Shown piece by piece: positions 1 through 12,745 of a stretch of DNA of 64,000 nt. Made by a program: the position numbers and the translations under genes. The stretch is from assembly GCA_951804945.1 (NCBI GenBank), contig OX638150.1, positions 41,602,001 through 41,666,000 on the forward strand. The letters are read 5' to 3'. Position 1 is the stretch's first letter. Every line of letters starts with the position of its first letter. Below the pieces are notes generated by a model. The model was not told the DNA's origin and did no database searches. It saw only the letters and a program-made list of their open reading frames with translations. This DNA comes from Podarcis cretensis (Eukaryota).

Positions 1-421
1 TTCTATAGCACTGCAGATTAAAATGAAAAATGATTCTTTATGAAAGGCTATCCTTTTTACTACCCTGTTACAGACACACGAGGTGCACAGTCTTTCTTTG
101 TTCAAGAAACAGAAATGTAGAAACTATAAATAATTAAAAAGAAGGAAATAGCTTATGATGAACTTTAGCAGGTAAATCCTGTCAGGTAAATTCTCATTTA
201 AATTTCCCCCCACAAAGCTTTTCTGATACCGTTCTCCTAGAAGCATACTTCCTTGTGGGTTTTTTAAGTATTGAAAGGCCAACATCTCCTTTTCTGCTGT
301 ATCAACACAAAAGCAATTGTAGCTGCTCATTGTGGTGAGGAGTGTCCTAGTCCCCAAGTCTTACTTAGGTCAACTCAAAGCTCTTTAAAGTTATAACTGA
401 CAAAGCAGTGTTGGTCTAAGC

Positions 422-557
422 CTGGCATCGCCAGCCTGCGGCCTTCCAGATGTTTTGGCCTACAACTCCTATGATCCCTAGCTAACAGGACCAGTGGTCA
501 GGGATGATGGGAATTGTAGTCCAAAACATCTGGAGGGTCGAAGGTTGGGGGTGCCTG
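422..557. mobile_element. hAT-type palindromic MITE (136 bp)
   Basis: Long internal inverted repeat; 8-bp TSD GTCTAAGC/GTCTAAAC; reverse-orientation sibling at 2906-3041. Confidence 0.8.
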
Positions 558-2502
558 GTCTAAACACTTGGGTTTTTGTCTTTACAAGGCTTAATATTAA
601 ACACTGTCCTCTCCCTCTAAAAAAATATATTTTTTAAAAAATGAAGAGCAATGCTAATAAAGAGGAAAAAATGGAAGCTGCTGCCCATGAATTGATGGTG
701 AATTAGAATACAAATTGTAATAGTAAGTCTCCCTTTGCCCAAGATTTTTGTGGCTAGTGAAGAATGAATTAATATTCTGACCACTAGGGAAATTGGTGGA
801 AAAGCTCATCATATGTTGTATAGCACAATCTACTAGTTATTCCAAAGTATCTCCAGCCATTTACTTTTTTTTTCATTATTTCTATTTTCTAAATTACCTC
901 AGAAGCCCAGTCCAAACTGTGCTCTTCTTTTGCTTCATATTCTGCTTCTGGCTCAGGTTGCAGTCTGCTGTTGGTGGCAGAAATGAGGCAAAAGCATTCT
1001 AGCAGCCTTTATAAATTTTCTTTAAAGGAAATAATGCTTAAGTTTCCATCCTTTGCTCTGCGCAGACATAGGCAGCCCTATAAATTATCTGCTGCTATAG
1101 CATAACCATATTTTTGTGTTCCATGAATGTCAAAGTGATGTGTAACAGCTGCATTTATTTCTGCTTATTGTACCCAAAGGGTACTACGTTACTTTATATC
1201 TGTGTGTGCTTTTCAATATGCTAACATTTCTTCTACAAATATAAGTTTAAACATTAATCTTTTTAAGTGGATAGGGCTTGTATCTGACACGACACATCAC
1301 CTTTAAGGCAATATTTTAAAATTACGAGTTTTCATTTCAAATCTTTCACCAGCTGGTTATGTCAAAAACATATACATTGTATGAGCAGTCCCTGAAAAAA
1401 AAATGTATGGTGAAATGAGACTTGGTAGTTATATGGCTGGTTGGCACCTCGATACCAAACTTCAACAATACTTGCTAAAAGAGCTCTTTCCAGAGGAGGC
1501 TAGGTTGTATAGTTGTTCGAATAGTTATTTTTCTTTGCTTTGCTTGCATATGAGGTTTTCCGGCCATTTCGGCAGTCACAGGCTGTACCTCCTATGGTGC
1601 CTTTGTGAGGTCACAATAAATACACCTTCAGAAATCCACAATGCACAAGAAACTGTTTTCTGTTCCTGCTCAGTTCCTGTTTACACTTGCTCAGCCCTCT
1701 CCTACACTGAACACACACCTCTGAAACATGCCCATATTTTATTAGATGCCAGGACTGAGGCATCCACACTCTCATCTATTCTTAACAATGACCTGCTTTC
1801 TGAGCAAGTACAGTTGCAGCTAATATAGGTATTTCCCACTGGTGGTGTGACTATTTTGTGCTCCTGTCTTTTTAAAAAATGCCATAACTATTCTGTGTTA
1901 TGCTTTACCCCTACAGCAGCCACTTTGTGTGACTGGTGCCCATGGCACTTGCTCAAAATTCCAAATTTGCTTACTTGTCCCCAAAAGGCTGGTAGCTCCA
2001 AAGGGGGGGGGGGGTGTATGATAGGCATGTTGAAGTGGTGACATTCTTGTCTCTCTACTGTAGACTTATGCAGAGAACCCTTTTGTCAGCGGTAGCATAA
2101 AATAGCGAGCCTTGGCAGCATATAGGTCAAACCTTGTTTGGTTAGTACCTTGTATGACCTTTGTTTAAGTTAACACCACTTTCAGGCTCAATTCAGGGCA
2201 TGTTTTAACCTTATAAGTCTTCCATAGTTTAAATCGAGGGTGCCTGAAGGACTGCATATATACATGTGCCTACCGGTACACTCACCTTGTCTGGGTGATT
2301 TGATTTAAAAATTAGGGGGGTTGTGGATGGATGTTACAGAGGTGAGAATTTGCGTTTGGATAATATTAAGGTTCTAGCTATTCCTGGCAACTTCTTGTCA
2401 CCTTTACTCTCCGTCCTCTCAGGTTTTCTGTCTCTGCGTACCTTCTTAGCAAAATATGTGCACCAAAATGTCAATCATAAATTGTTCCCTTTTCCTTTGC
2501 AG

Positions 2503-2530
2503 ATCGTGAGGACCAATCAATTCTTTGCAC
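2503..2530 (+). CDS. MYH10: MYH10 exon, 28 nt (DREDQSILCT)
   Basis: ttgcag|AT CGT GAG...TGC AC|gtaagt. Confidence 0.95.
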
Positions 2531-2905
2531 GTAAGTAAATACATTTTGGAGCTTAGTTTTGTTCTGTGATAGTGTGATGACTACTATTTGTCAGATTCAC
2601 AGGGAACAGGGGCTCCTAAGATGAGTTACACAAGAGTTAACATTTAACTTTATTCACTGAATGATCTCACGGGTAGCAGAGATCATTATTACCAAACTAT
2701 GTACTGCAGTTCCTTTGCAGGAGGCAGGCTGTGGCATTCCTGCCTTAGTAGGAACTGGATCTAGTGTGTCCAGTGCCTTCATGGAGGTGAGCTTGGAACT
2801 GGGAACTTCACAGTTCACTGTTTGCTCTTGCAACTGTTATTTTAGCTCCTGTTGCGAGCCAGCTCTTGCTGCCACTTGCTACCATGGCTTTAGGATGGAT
2901 TTGGC

Positions 2906-3041
2906 CAGGCATAGGCAAACTTCGGCCCTCCAGATGTTTTGGACTACAATTCCCATCATCCCTGACCACTGGTCCTATTAGCTAGGGATCATGGGAGTTG
3001 TAGGCCAAAACATCTGGAGGCCCGAAGCTTGCCTATGCCTG
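2906..3041. mobile_element. hAT-type palindromic MITE (136 bp)
   Basis: CAGGCATAGGCAA...TTGCCTATGCCTG TIRs; 8-bp TSD GATTTGGC/GATTAGGC. Diverged relatives at about 9650-9770, 17920-18040 and 50545-50630. Confidence 0.85.
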
Positions 3042-4048
3042 GATTAGGCTATAAATCTAAGCATATCATTCATGTGAGATCTGGAAGAATGACTTCCAGC
3101 TATTTAGGGGTTCAGTGAAGGGCAGTAACCCCACTTCACACTATCTGCACCATTCACATGGTTGCCAAGGCAGTCACTGTCTTTTACCTCAAACATCTTT
3201 CATTCATAATTCACAGATTCATAAGGAATACGGAAGTCAAGAGGCAAAGGCACTGAAGATACAGGGGGAGATGAGAGGACTAATGAGGTCTTCAGTCTGT
3301 CTTCTGAGGATCATTTGTCACATAATAAAACCAGTGAAAAATGTAAAAGTTTTGGGTTAATCAGTGGGAACCCCATACGTAACTAATAAGTTAATATCGG
3401 TGAACATATGTCTCCAGTATATAACAAGTCTATTTGGCAGTGAAATGTGAAAATCCAACATGGAATGATCCAAAAGTGTTCTAAAGGCCAGGAGTGTGTG
3501 TGTCCTCTTTCATCAAGTATTCCTATTCCAGGAAATCTTGTATAGTTCACCATCTGGCAACAATACACTATTGGGGGGCGGGGGCGGAGAATTAACTTCA
3601 ATTTCAGCTTTGCAGCCACTGCTTATAAAGAGAATAGAACCTATGCTTGACACGTTGAATACCTGCTTAAAGTTATGCTTTTTTTCTTTTCATATATGTG
3701 CAAGCTAGATGGACCATATGAAATTGATTATAAAATAGCGGTAATTTGGATATTGTACATGAAGTATTCACCACCCTTTAGCCAGGTCTTTTAAATTCTG
3801 TTACTCCACAAAGCATAAGGAAACTTAGGGCTCTTTCTCAAGTGGCTACTTCATATGCAGCAATACATATTCATGTTTGAAGAAGTCTTATATCGGGCAA
3901 CTTGAGAATGGTTGTGCAAATTTATATATTGTTCCAGGAGATTCCTTTTTTTGATTCTCAGCGTGTATGTCACTATCTCATCTTTCCTTTTTCCTAAGCA
4001 ATTGAAACAGGAGTGACAAATGTTTTGATTCTTACTATGCTTCAGTTG

Positions 4049-4414
4049 GGCGGGACACAGGTGGCGCTGTGGGTTAAAGCCTCAGCGCCTAGGGCTTGCC
4101 GATCGAAAGGTCGGCGGTTCGAATCCCTGCGGCGGGGTGCGCTCCCACTGCTCGGTCCCAGCGCCTGCCAACCTAGCAGTTCGAAAGCACCTCCGGGTGC
4201 AAGTAGATAAATAGGGACCGCTTACCAGCGGGAAGGTAAACGGCGTTTCCGTGTGCGGCTCTGGCTCGCCAGAGCAGCGATGTCACGCTGGCCACGTGAC
4301 CCAGAAGTGTCTCCGGACAGCGCTGGCCCCTGGCCTCTTAAGTGAGATGGGCGCACAACCCCAGAGTCTGTCAAGACTGGCCCGTACGGGCAGGGGTACC
4401 TTTACCTTTACCTT
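4049..4414 (+). mobile_element. Sauria-type SINE, full length
   Basis: tRNA-like head with B box GGTTCGAATCC, (ACCTTT)n tail, 13-bp TSD TATGCTTCAGTTG (4036-4048 / 4415-4427), CpG-rich. Confidence 0.9.
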
Positions 4415-4528
4415 TATGCTTCAGTTGTCAACCTTAATGGGGCAGGACAGGACTCTTGGATCATAGCATCCTACAGTTGAGTGGTGAGGGAGACTCAAAT
4501 ATTTCCTGAGTGGCAAAGGTGACTTCAG

Positions 4529-4666
4529 ATAGAATTGTAGAATTGGAAGGGACCATGAGGGTCATCTAGTCCATCCTCTTGCAATGAAGGAGTGTTTTGT
4601 CCAAGGTGGGGCTTGAACCCACAACCCTGAAATTGAGTCTCATACACTACTGACTGAACTATCCCA
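4529..4666 (-). mobile_element. Short tRNA-Lys(CTT)-derived SINE with CR1-like 3' tail
   Basis: 4598-4666 is a degenerate reverse complement of tRNA-Lys(CTT); 4529-4590 resembles a CR1 3' terminus. Confidence 0.7.
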
Positions 4667-5075
4667 AACTCACTAGAGTTTTCGTTCTTTACCATTGGGT
4701 GACTGAAGAGTGCTTTTAGAAGTTAGCTCGGAATGTCTGGTTTTCATTATTTAAAACCTACCATCCAAGTTCTTACTAAAATACCTTTAGTGTATTTTCA
4801 GTTGGAACAGCAAGCTGCCTCATTGACAGGGAGAGTTCCTTCAGTGAGAGGTGCTCTCAATACCAAGTGTATCTGCTGTATAACAGTGGTTTTACATAAA
4901 ACTCACTACCGAACAACTCAATTCAGCATCTTTTCACATCTCGGGAACCAGAAAGTACCTTGCAGTTGTCCAAATATTGCATTAATAAAATTATCCTAGA
5001 CATTAAGTTGTAGTGAAAGCCTGATTGTTGTTTCTCTTCCACAAATCTAGCTTTAAATTATGTGTGTTCTTTCAG

Positions 5076-5178
5076 AGGTGAATCAGGTGCTGGGAAAACA
5101 GAAAACACCAAGAAAGTCATTCAGTATCTTGCACATGTTGCTTCCTCTCATAAAGGAAGAAAGGACCACAATATTCCT
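5076..5178 (+). CDS. MYH10: MYH10 exon, P-loop ([34 protein letters not shown])
   Basis: ttcag|A GGT...CCT|gtaagt, 103 nt. Confidence 0.97.
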
Positions 5179-7437
5179 GTAAGTTTTACATGGTATTTCC
5201 TTAATTTGCAATTGTTGTATTCTGTAAAAACGGATAATACTTTGCTTTGAAGTCTGCTTCCCAGACCCTGTCCATGATAAACAAGTGTTGAAAAACAGGC
5301 CACTTAAAGTTGGAATCAATTTGTAAGCACTGCTGTTTGCTTCATTATCCATTCAACAAAGAACTTGCTTTAGTTTAAGGGAATAGCCACCTAATAGTTG
5401 TGTTACAATTGCTCTCTATTAGAAGTTACAAAGCATAAACAGTTTGATGCCAGCTTGGTAAATTATGTGTACATAACAACCCTCTTGCTGTTACAGTTGT
5501 CTTTGGAAACGATTCTGTAAAATCCAGTCTTGATTTAATGAATTCTTAAAATAGAAATATGTATTGTACAATACACCATTGGCATTAGTTTTTGTGGTGC
5601 CATATGCTAAGTTCTATAGCAAAGCAAAACATGTTCTTGAATGAAAACCCCACTTTTGTGCTCTCTTGGATATTGCAATGTCTCCTTAAGTTCTTGCTGT
5701 TAGCATAAGGATTTTTGTGATGCATATTTGAGCTGTAAGGAGGCCTTCAAGTGATCCTGAACCAGATACATCATGCTATTGCTTTTAGCGTGCAGTTGGC
5801 TGACTGCTATTCCTCTAGATGGAGATGTGCCCTGTAACTGGGGACTAAAAATTTAAAGTCCTTGGGCATTTAATAGATATAAATCCTAGGAGTCTGTTAA
5901 CTCTAGCACAGGTAACTTTTAAGTTTTCAGTTCCAGGGACCACTTTTAACCCAAATATGCATTTGGGGACCCATTTCTTAAATTTTGTAATATATATGTG
6001 CATCCGAATAGTCCCAGCTGTTACAACCCACATTGAATCAGGACACAACACACTACTGGGTTCCAGCCCACCACTTGAAGACCCAATACTTGAGCATACC
6101 CCAAAAAATGGAATCCAAGGAAGGATTATTCATGGAACTGTCTTGGATCTCAAAGGCTAGCAATGAGTTTTGTGGAGCAAAATCTACAGCAAGATGAAGT
6201 ATAGGACATAAAACCAGTCCCTTCCTCTGTTGCTGGGGTTTAGTCCCATACCAAAATGGTATCCGAGTATACACTTTTCATGTTGTTCATGTGAATGAAT
6301 GGTTGGTTAACCCTTTTTGGCAGAAGAATAATGAACTTCGGATGGTGTTGTAGTTGGGCACAAAACATACCCTCTATCCCTGGCAGTCCATATCTTGGTT
6401 TCCACTAGTTCTGGTGGTATAGGTTTGTTGTGTACACTATATGTATGCACATGCAGAACAGATATACCTTTCCTTCTTTATGGGGAAGTGAGAAATGGAA
6501 CACCATTAAATCACCTCTGAAGACACTGTGAAGGCATACCGCATTCTGTAGCTTTAGAACTATTAAGGTATTTAGTTGCTACCCTCCTTTAATTCTGCAG
6601 CTTGCAACAATTAAGCATCTATTTGTGTAACTTTCACCTGAAAACTCTCTACTGTTGCCTTCCAAAACTTTTTCTTGCTTTGACAAAAAATTGTAGAGCA
6701 CAGTGTTCTTCTTTAAACTGCTATTGCCTTATAGCTGTGGAGAAGGCACCATATTTTGGAACATGGGCTTTATCTGCCCACAATATTCATAGTATAGTGC
6801 AATATAAATGAGTACTTGAGTTGTCTAATTGATGTCATAGAAGCACAGGATTGAATTTTTCACCATTGGTCTTAGCTGTGTTGCTTTCTATGAACCAATA
6901 TTTGACATTGCATCTTTAATAAATAGGTTTTATTTAGCATCCCTTGTGTGGATAATCCAATTTTGATAAAAGGCATTATGGATAAAGAAAACTACATCTC
7001 GGTTTGTTGGGTTTTGGAATTTTTTTGTGTGGTGCGGTACCCGTATGTAAACTTTGGCAATTTGTGTGCTACTGTATCCCAAGTTTGGGAAATACACTAG
7101 AATGATACAGAGTTCTGATTCACATATGGAGTTCTACACGTTGGTGTTTTCTTCCGAGTTAGGAATTCCCCTGCATGTGCAAAACATTGCACACATCATC
7201 TCACAAAAGATAAGAGCAGCTCTTGCATTCACACATCTGTATGCATGTTGGAGGCCCTGAATGCACAACAGGCCTGTTGAATCCTGGCAAAGGAAACGAA
7301 ATACACTGCCTAGAGACTTCTATGTGATCCAGAAAATAAAAATTCTAGGTGGGGGGTTTTTGGTCAGAACCTTTTGGAAACATTGTATTTAATTATGTCT
7401 TGAGAGCAAACAGTGTATATTGTATTACCAATCTATA

Positions 7438-7809
7438 CAGTGGTGCCCCGCAAGACGAACGCCTCGCAAGACGGAAAACCTGCTAGACGAAAGGCTTTTC
7501 CGTTTTGGAGGCGCTTTGCAAAACGAATTTCCCTATGGGCTTGCTTCGCAAGACAAAAATGTCTTGCGAGTTCCTGCGGGTTTTTCTCCCTTTCCCCCCC
7601 TTTTCCTAAGCCGCTAAGCCGCTTATCAGCTGATCCGCTGATAAGCCGCTTAACAGCTGATCGCTAAAAGCCGCTAAACCGCTAATAGCGCTAATCCGCT
7701 AATAGCGCTAATCCGCTAAGCTGTCAATGGGCTTGCTTCGCATGACGAAAAAACCGCTATACGAAGAGCCTCACGGAACGGATTAATTTCGTCTTGCGAG
7801 GCACCACTG
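7438..7809 (+). mobile_element. Tc1/mariner (pogo/Tigger-like) MITE family A, copy 1
   Basis: TIR CAGTGGTGCCYCGCAAGACGAA, TA TSD, internal CGCTAA-type array. Confidence 0.9.
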
Positions 7810-8061
7810 TACCTTTTCTAAAAGAAGCCAGTATCAGACCTGGAGTCATGAAATAAGATTAAAAAGTACTTTTAGATCGTCAGCTTTCCTTGAATGAAGT
7901 TCACATTTAATTCTATCTGGCTAAAATTTAGCTGTTGCCACGATGAACATAGTGGCTAAAGAAAATATACTAGCATGTATATGAGAGTGAAATCTTGGCA
8001 ATGGATGGGAAGGCAAGGTCAAATTTGCTAACATGTGAATTTGTTTGTTTACAACAAACAG

Positions 8062-8091
8062 CCCGAGTCACCTAAGCCAGTGAAGCACCAG
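8062..8091 (+). CDS. MYH10: MYH10 alternative neural cassette N30 / B1 insert (PESPKPVKHQ), loop 1
   Basis: aaacag|CCC GAG TCA CCT AAG CCA GTG AAG CAC CAG|gcaagt; matches the known 10-aa B1 insert; phase 0-0. Confidence 0.93.
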
Positions 8092-9256
8092 GCAAGTGTC
8101 TTTTTTATGCTTCTAAACTTTATATAGGCTTAATCATTCTTGTTTTACATTTTTAGGAGACTACCTGTCAACATCCAATATAAGTATACAAGTAATTTCT
8201 GGTACAGGCATGCAGCTAAGAGTAAACTTCATTATTGCACATGTACAGAAACACCGATATAATTGTCCCTTGAGCGTGCATATCACTCAGTGTAACTGAC
8301 AAAGTAGTCAGGCACAGATTCTCCCAGATTGCTGAGCATTATTGTTCCATATTTTGCTGACTATGTGGGGAAAGCAGGAGTGTTTTAGTGCTGGTATGCC
8401 TAGATTTCCTGCGGCTCAGGATAAATCTGAACTGCAGTTGCCCTAGGGCTGGTACAGTAAACTCTGCATAGATTCTAGAGGCCAGTGAGGAAAGAGGGCA
8501 TACGAATCCCAGGACTGATTGTTCTGGATTCTTCTTTCTCCCCATTCTTTTTTGACTCAAGCTGTCACCTGCCTAATTAAATAAGTGACCTGTTACTTCC
8601 TGTATAATGTCGTGAAGTGATGCCTTGTGCTATGTACAGGTGTTGAAGTTGAAACTAAGATTTTCTTGAATGATTAGGAGTTCGCTGTGACTCTCTTGGC
8701 ATGTGGATTTTAGGAGCAGCCTAAGTACTGCTGAAGGTTGAACCACCTATGACTTGGTATGTGGTTGACTGGTTAGCTATTTGGTCCAAAATGTGACCTT
8801 CAGCAACTTTGGTTGTATTAGCAAGGGAAAGGCTCATACTGTTTACTTTCTATGAAAAAGCATACAAACAGATTCTGTTATAGCTCTTCCCTCTATAACC
8901 CTTATGGGCCACTGCTTAATCATTAGGAGAACTTGAATGACTTCTTATCCAAAGACTAGGCTAACTGGACAATAACTCTTCGAGTGCAGAGCAAAACATG
9001 GATGGATCTCCTTGGTGATCCAACCAGATTAAACAGGATAAAAGTTTTTGCTACCTGGTGTCATATTCATCAGGTTTATTTTATACTGTGAAGTTGAAGA
9101 AGGGTCTGATAACAGATTTTCTATATTAAAAAGATAGTAAACTCTCCTATAGGAACCCAATAAAGCCATTTTGCATTTTTAATCCCAGTGTGTTTCTGTA
9201 GGTTTCATAAGTTCATAACCATTAACATTCTGTTTCATTGTCATTTTGAACTGCAG

Positions 9257-9274
9257 AGTGGATCCCTGTTGTAT
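9257..9274 (+). CDS. MYH10: MYH10 alternative microexon R18 (SGSLLY), extends B1 insert to 16 aa
   Basis: ctgcag|AGT GGA TCC CTG TTG TAT|gtgagt; 18 nt, phase 0-0, between N30 and the next constitutive exon. Confidence 0.85.
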
Positions 9275-9381
9275 GTGAGTAGCATGTAGCTCTTCTAGCT
9301 TCTCACCCCGCTCTCAAAATGAGTCAAATCACAGGGATGCTGAGAGCAAAGCCTCTCTTACCTATCATTACACTGTTGATT

Positions 9382-9571
9382 TGCATGAATATATTGCATG
9401 TTACCACACCTTCACAATATTTTGGATGCTTTTTCCAAGATCTCCCTGAATTTATGTGTGAAAGCCAATGTAGATCTTGCCTTTGGTTTCAAGCTTCTGT
9501 GATACATTGCAGAATAGGATGGTGGTCTCCATATGCCTCTTGTCTGTTTCCTCACATGGGACTGATGCATG
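9382..9571 (+). promoter_or_regulatory. Rbfox UGCAUG cluster, probable counterpart of the intronic distal downstream enhancer (IDDE) of N30
   Basis: TGCATG at 9382, 9395 and 9566, about 1.3-1.5 kb downstream of N30, as described for mammalian NMHC-IIB. Confidence 0.7.
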
Positions 9572-10467
9572 ACACCAAGACAGGCATGCCAGGCATTTTA
9601 GGGCCATAAGTAAGAATAACTAGGAAACCTATTTTGAAGTGTTCATATCAGGGATTAGGAACCTGTAACACTCCATGTTTGCTAGAGTCCTGTCATCCCT
9701 GACCATGTTGGCTGGGGCTGATGGGACTTAGGAGTACACAAGATATGGAGGGTTACCAGTTCCTCATTTCTGTGTTATAGGCAAGCAGTTGTACAAACCT
9801 CAAGATCTGACTTCATAGAGACTAAAATAACAGATTAAACCTGTTGTATTGATCAAACACTTGGGGGTGCAAATGAATGTCTCTCTTCAGTGAAGTCTGA
9901 AATTTGATTTTGCTTGCTGAGAACAGCTAAAGGCACACTATGCTAGTGTGCTTGGACTGTAACAGGAGGTAGTATCAGTATTCCATGAAATGATTTATTT
10001 TGGCGTATTTCAGTTTTTTGTAACTGTCCAAACTGAGATAAACTCCGTTCTTGACTAGATGTATTCCTGCAGACTCCATAGAGCTCATTTCTGCAGTTCA
10101 TATTGTTTACAAACAATTTACGACCTTTTCTGCCTGTCAGATGTGTGCTCACTTGAATTGACTCTGAATTAGCTGTTTGAGCCCCTATTACTTGGTTTCT
10201 GTGTTTTGTTTTGTTTTTGTGCTTTTCAGTGCCCATTGAAAGGCATTTTGCTGGATAATCTCTTAGAAAGGAGGAACTAGCAAGAACCTGCCATGTAGAG
10301 TTAAGATGTAAAAGGCAACAATATGTCTCTTTCCTGTATGAAAGGGGTTTTTTTATCATGGATATCAACCAGCCTTGCACTTCCTCTTACTATAGATATA
10401 ATGGTGTAGTCTTAGTTAAACATTTAGAAAAAGCACGTTGAAATTACGTTACATTCTTCTGCATATA

Positions 10468-10547
10468 CAGGGTGAGTCCTTTAAAAGAAGCCCCGTGGAT
10501 ACAGAGTACACATGTTCCATGGGGCCTCTTTTAAAAGACTCATCCTG
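10468..10547. mobile_element. 80-bp Tc1/mariner mini-MITE
   Basis: About 32-bp TIRs (CAGGRTGAGTCYTTTAAAAGARGCCCCRTGGA) around a short spacer, TA TSD. Confidence 0.8.
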
Positions 10548-11623
10548 TATAAAGCTCACTTGTTTAACTCCAACAGGAGAGTTAAGAACTTGCTTCTCTG
10601 AAACCAGTGAGTGTTTGATGTTAGCTGGATAAGCAGAGAATGTTCAGTCAAGAAACTAAGTGATAATTCTATTCAGATAATGCACTTCTAAAATGGTACT
10701 ATACAAACATTAACTAACAGTAGGCAGAAATCTTTAACATATATATAATTTGGACCAAACAAAACCAATCGTACTGTGAAGTATTGGTATTTCAAAGCAG
10801 TTGAATGGAGGCCACTTACTGTTAGGTAACCTAGGTTCATACGTTTTCTACAAACAAGATTGACTGGAAAAAGCAGACCTATTAGCGGTGCTAATATTAA
10901 TTTTGCAATTATATTACAGATACAATTCCACTCTGCCACACACCTTTGCTATCCAAGACATGGCAGCAAAATCTCATCTTTCACCAACTTGACTCCTCAT
11001 TGGGTTAATGGATACACACAGGTGTTAACATGGACAGCAGTGGGAAAAGAATTCTCCCAGACCTGTCTGAGCTAGCAACTCAGACTTAAAAACCTTTCTA
11101 AAAAACTGCAAAATGAGTTGTGTGTCCTGTGCTTGTAGGTGAAATACTGTTTCACCTCAAGTTTGAGAATAGCCAGAGCTAAGGCAACACTGCTCACTTC
11201 AGTCTAAAACAATCCTATAAGTTCTGTTTAGATGTGGGAGCAGAAATCTGTGCTGCACAGATGATTAGCTAAAATGATAAATGTCTACTTCACAAAGTTT
11301 TTTTAAAAAAATCTTTGTGCATTACTAACGTATACTTTGTCAGGCCATTTAGCTGCCTCAGATACTGATCTCAGTGGAAGATGGAGCAGCATTTTTTTCT
11401 TCAAAAATTGCCTGAAAGGTGGCAGTTTGTCAACCCTGTGCTTTATCCATTAGCCCTAACGTAAATTGTATCTATTTCTTTAGTTTTTAATACCATATTT
11501 TCCAACTGTTTTTTTTTATAATGTCGTCCATCTCAACTGTTAACAGCATTAAGCATATTTTGAAGATGCTGTATTGAGAAGACATATGGGGTCAAGGCAA
11601 TTGAAAACGGAAACCACACCTGA

Positions 11624-11797
<174 letters not shown>

Positions 11798-12554
11798 TAA
11801 ATTTTAAATTTAAACCAAACAATCTTAATTAAATGCTGAACTATTTTTTCTGGGCAGATCTACTCTTAAGAAACCTGTTGAAATGCAGTAGTTCTTCTTT
11901 TCAGGGAGGGGAGAATCCCCCCTCCACTAATCTTGGTCTTCAATGCCCAGACTTACGCTGGGAGCAACCAAACTTGCATTACAAAGATACATAACACTTG
12001 GGCCAAAACAAATCTTGATTCAGGTGTATGGAATTTTAGATCATTTTTCTGAGTATATTCCAGCCCTTGTATATTCTCAGATAAGTACCAGTGTCTGTGC
12101 CAGTTACTGGTCTAACAGTGCAATCCAATACATGCCTAGTTAGAAGTCCAGCTGAGTTGAATGGAGCTTACTCTGCAGTGACTGGGTGTAGCATTGCAGT
12201 CTAAATGAGTCCATCCCCTGTTGTGTTGGTGTAAACATGCCTTGGATAAATAAGCCGTTCCCTCCCGATTAAGTTCCATGTTTACCTATGATACATTTTT
12301 TTAAAAAAAGAGCTCAGTGTTAATTTTTCCATGAGCAAGTCATGTAACAGCTGAAGCTTACAACAAAAAGAACCAATTTGTTACCTCGTTCTCTAGAAGA
12401 AGAGAGGTAGCAGCGTATAGTCACTCCGTTTATTTAGTTTATGACTAGCCTTCCAATCTTGCTTTCATTATAATATTGGTGCATTGTAGACTTTAAATGA
12501 CTAATACAAGTTGAGGATCAGTAGTACCCTGTAGGTGTGCGTATACAGTACATG

Positions 12555-12745
12555 CAGGTTAGAATGTTGGAGCCATAACCAGTCCCCACTCAGCCATGAA
12601 GCTCATTGGGTAACCTTGAGCCATTCACACTCCCTCTCAGCCTAGCCTTCCTCAGAAGGTGGTTGAGAGGATAACAATTGGGATGAGGAGGAGCATGTAC
12701 ACCATCCTTGGCTCCTTGGACAATATAAAAGGCGGGGCATAAATA
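12555..12745 (+). mobile_element. Old CORE/MIR-like SINE fragment
   Basis: GGGTAACCTTGAGCCATTCAC...CTCTCAGCCTAGCC core-like motif, shared with 38922-39149. Confidence 0.5.

Noticed and set aside
4598-4666. Possible tRNA-Lys gene on the - strand
   Set aside because: Degenerate stems, deletion in the anticodon arm, fused to a CR1-like tail: a SINE, not a tRNA gene
7600-7725. CRISPR-like short repeat array
   Set aside because: Eukaryotic intron, no unique spacers; it is the internal minisatellite of a MITE
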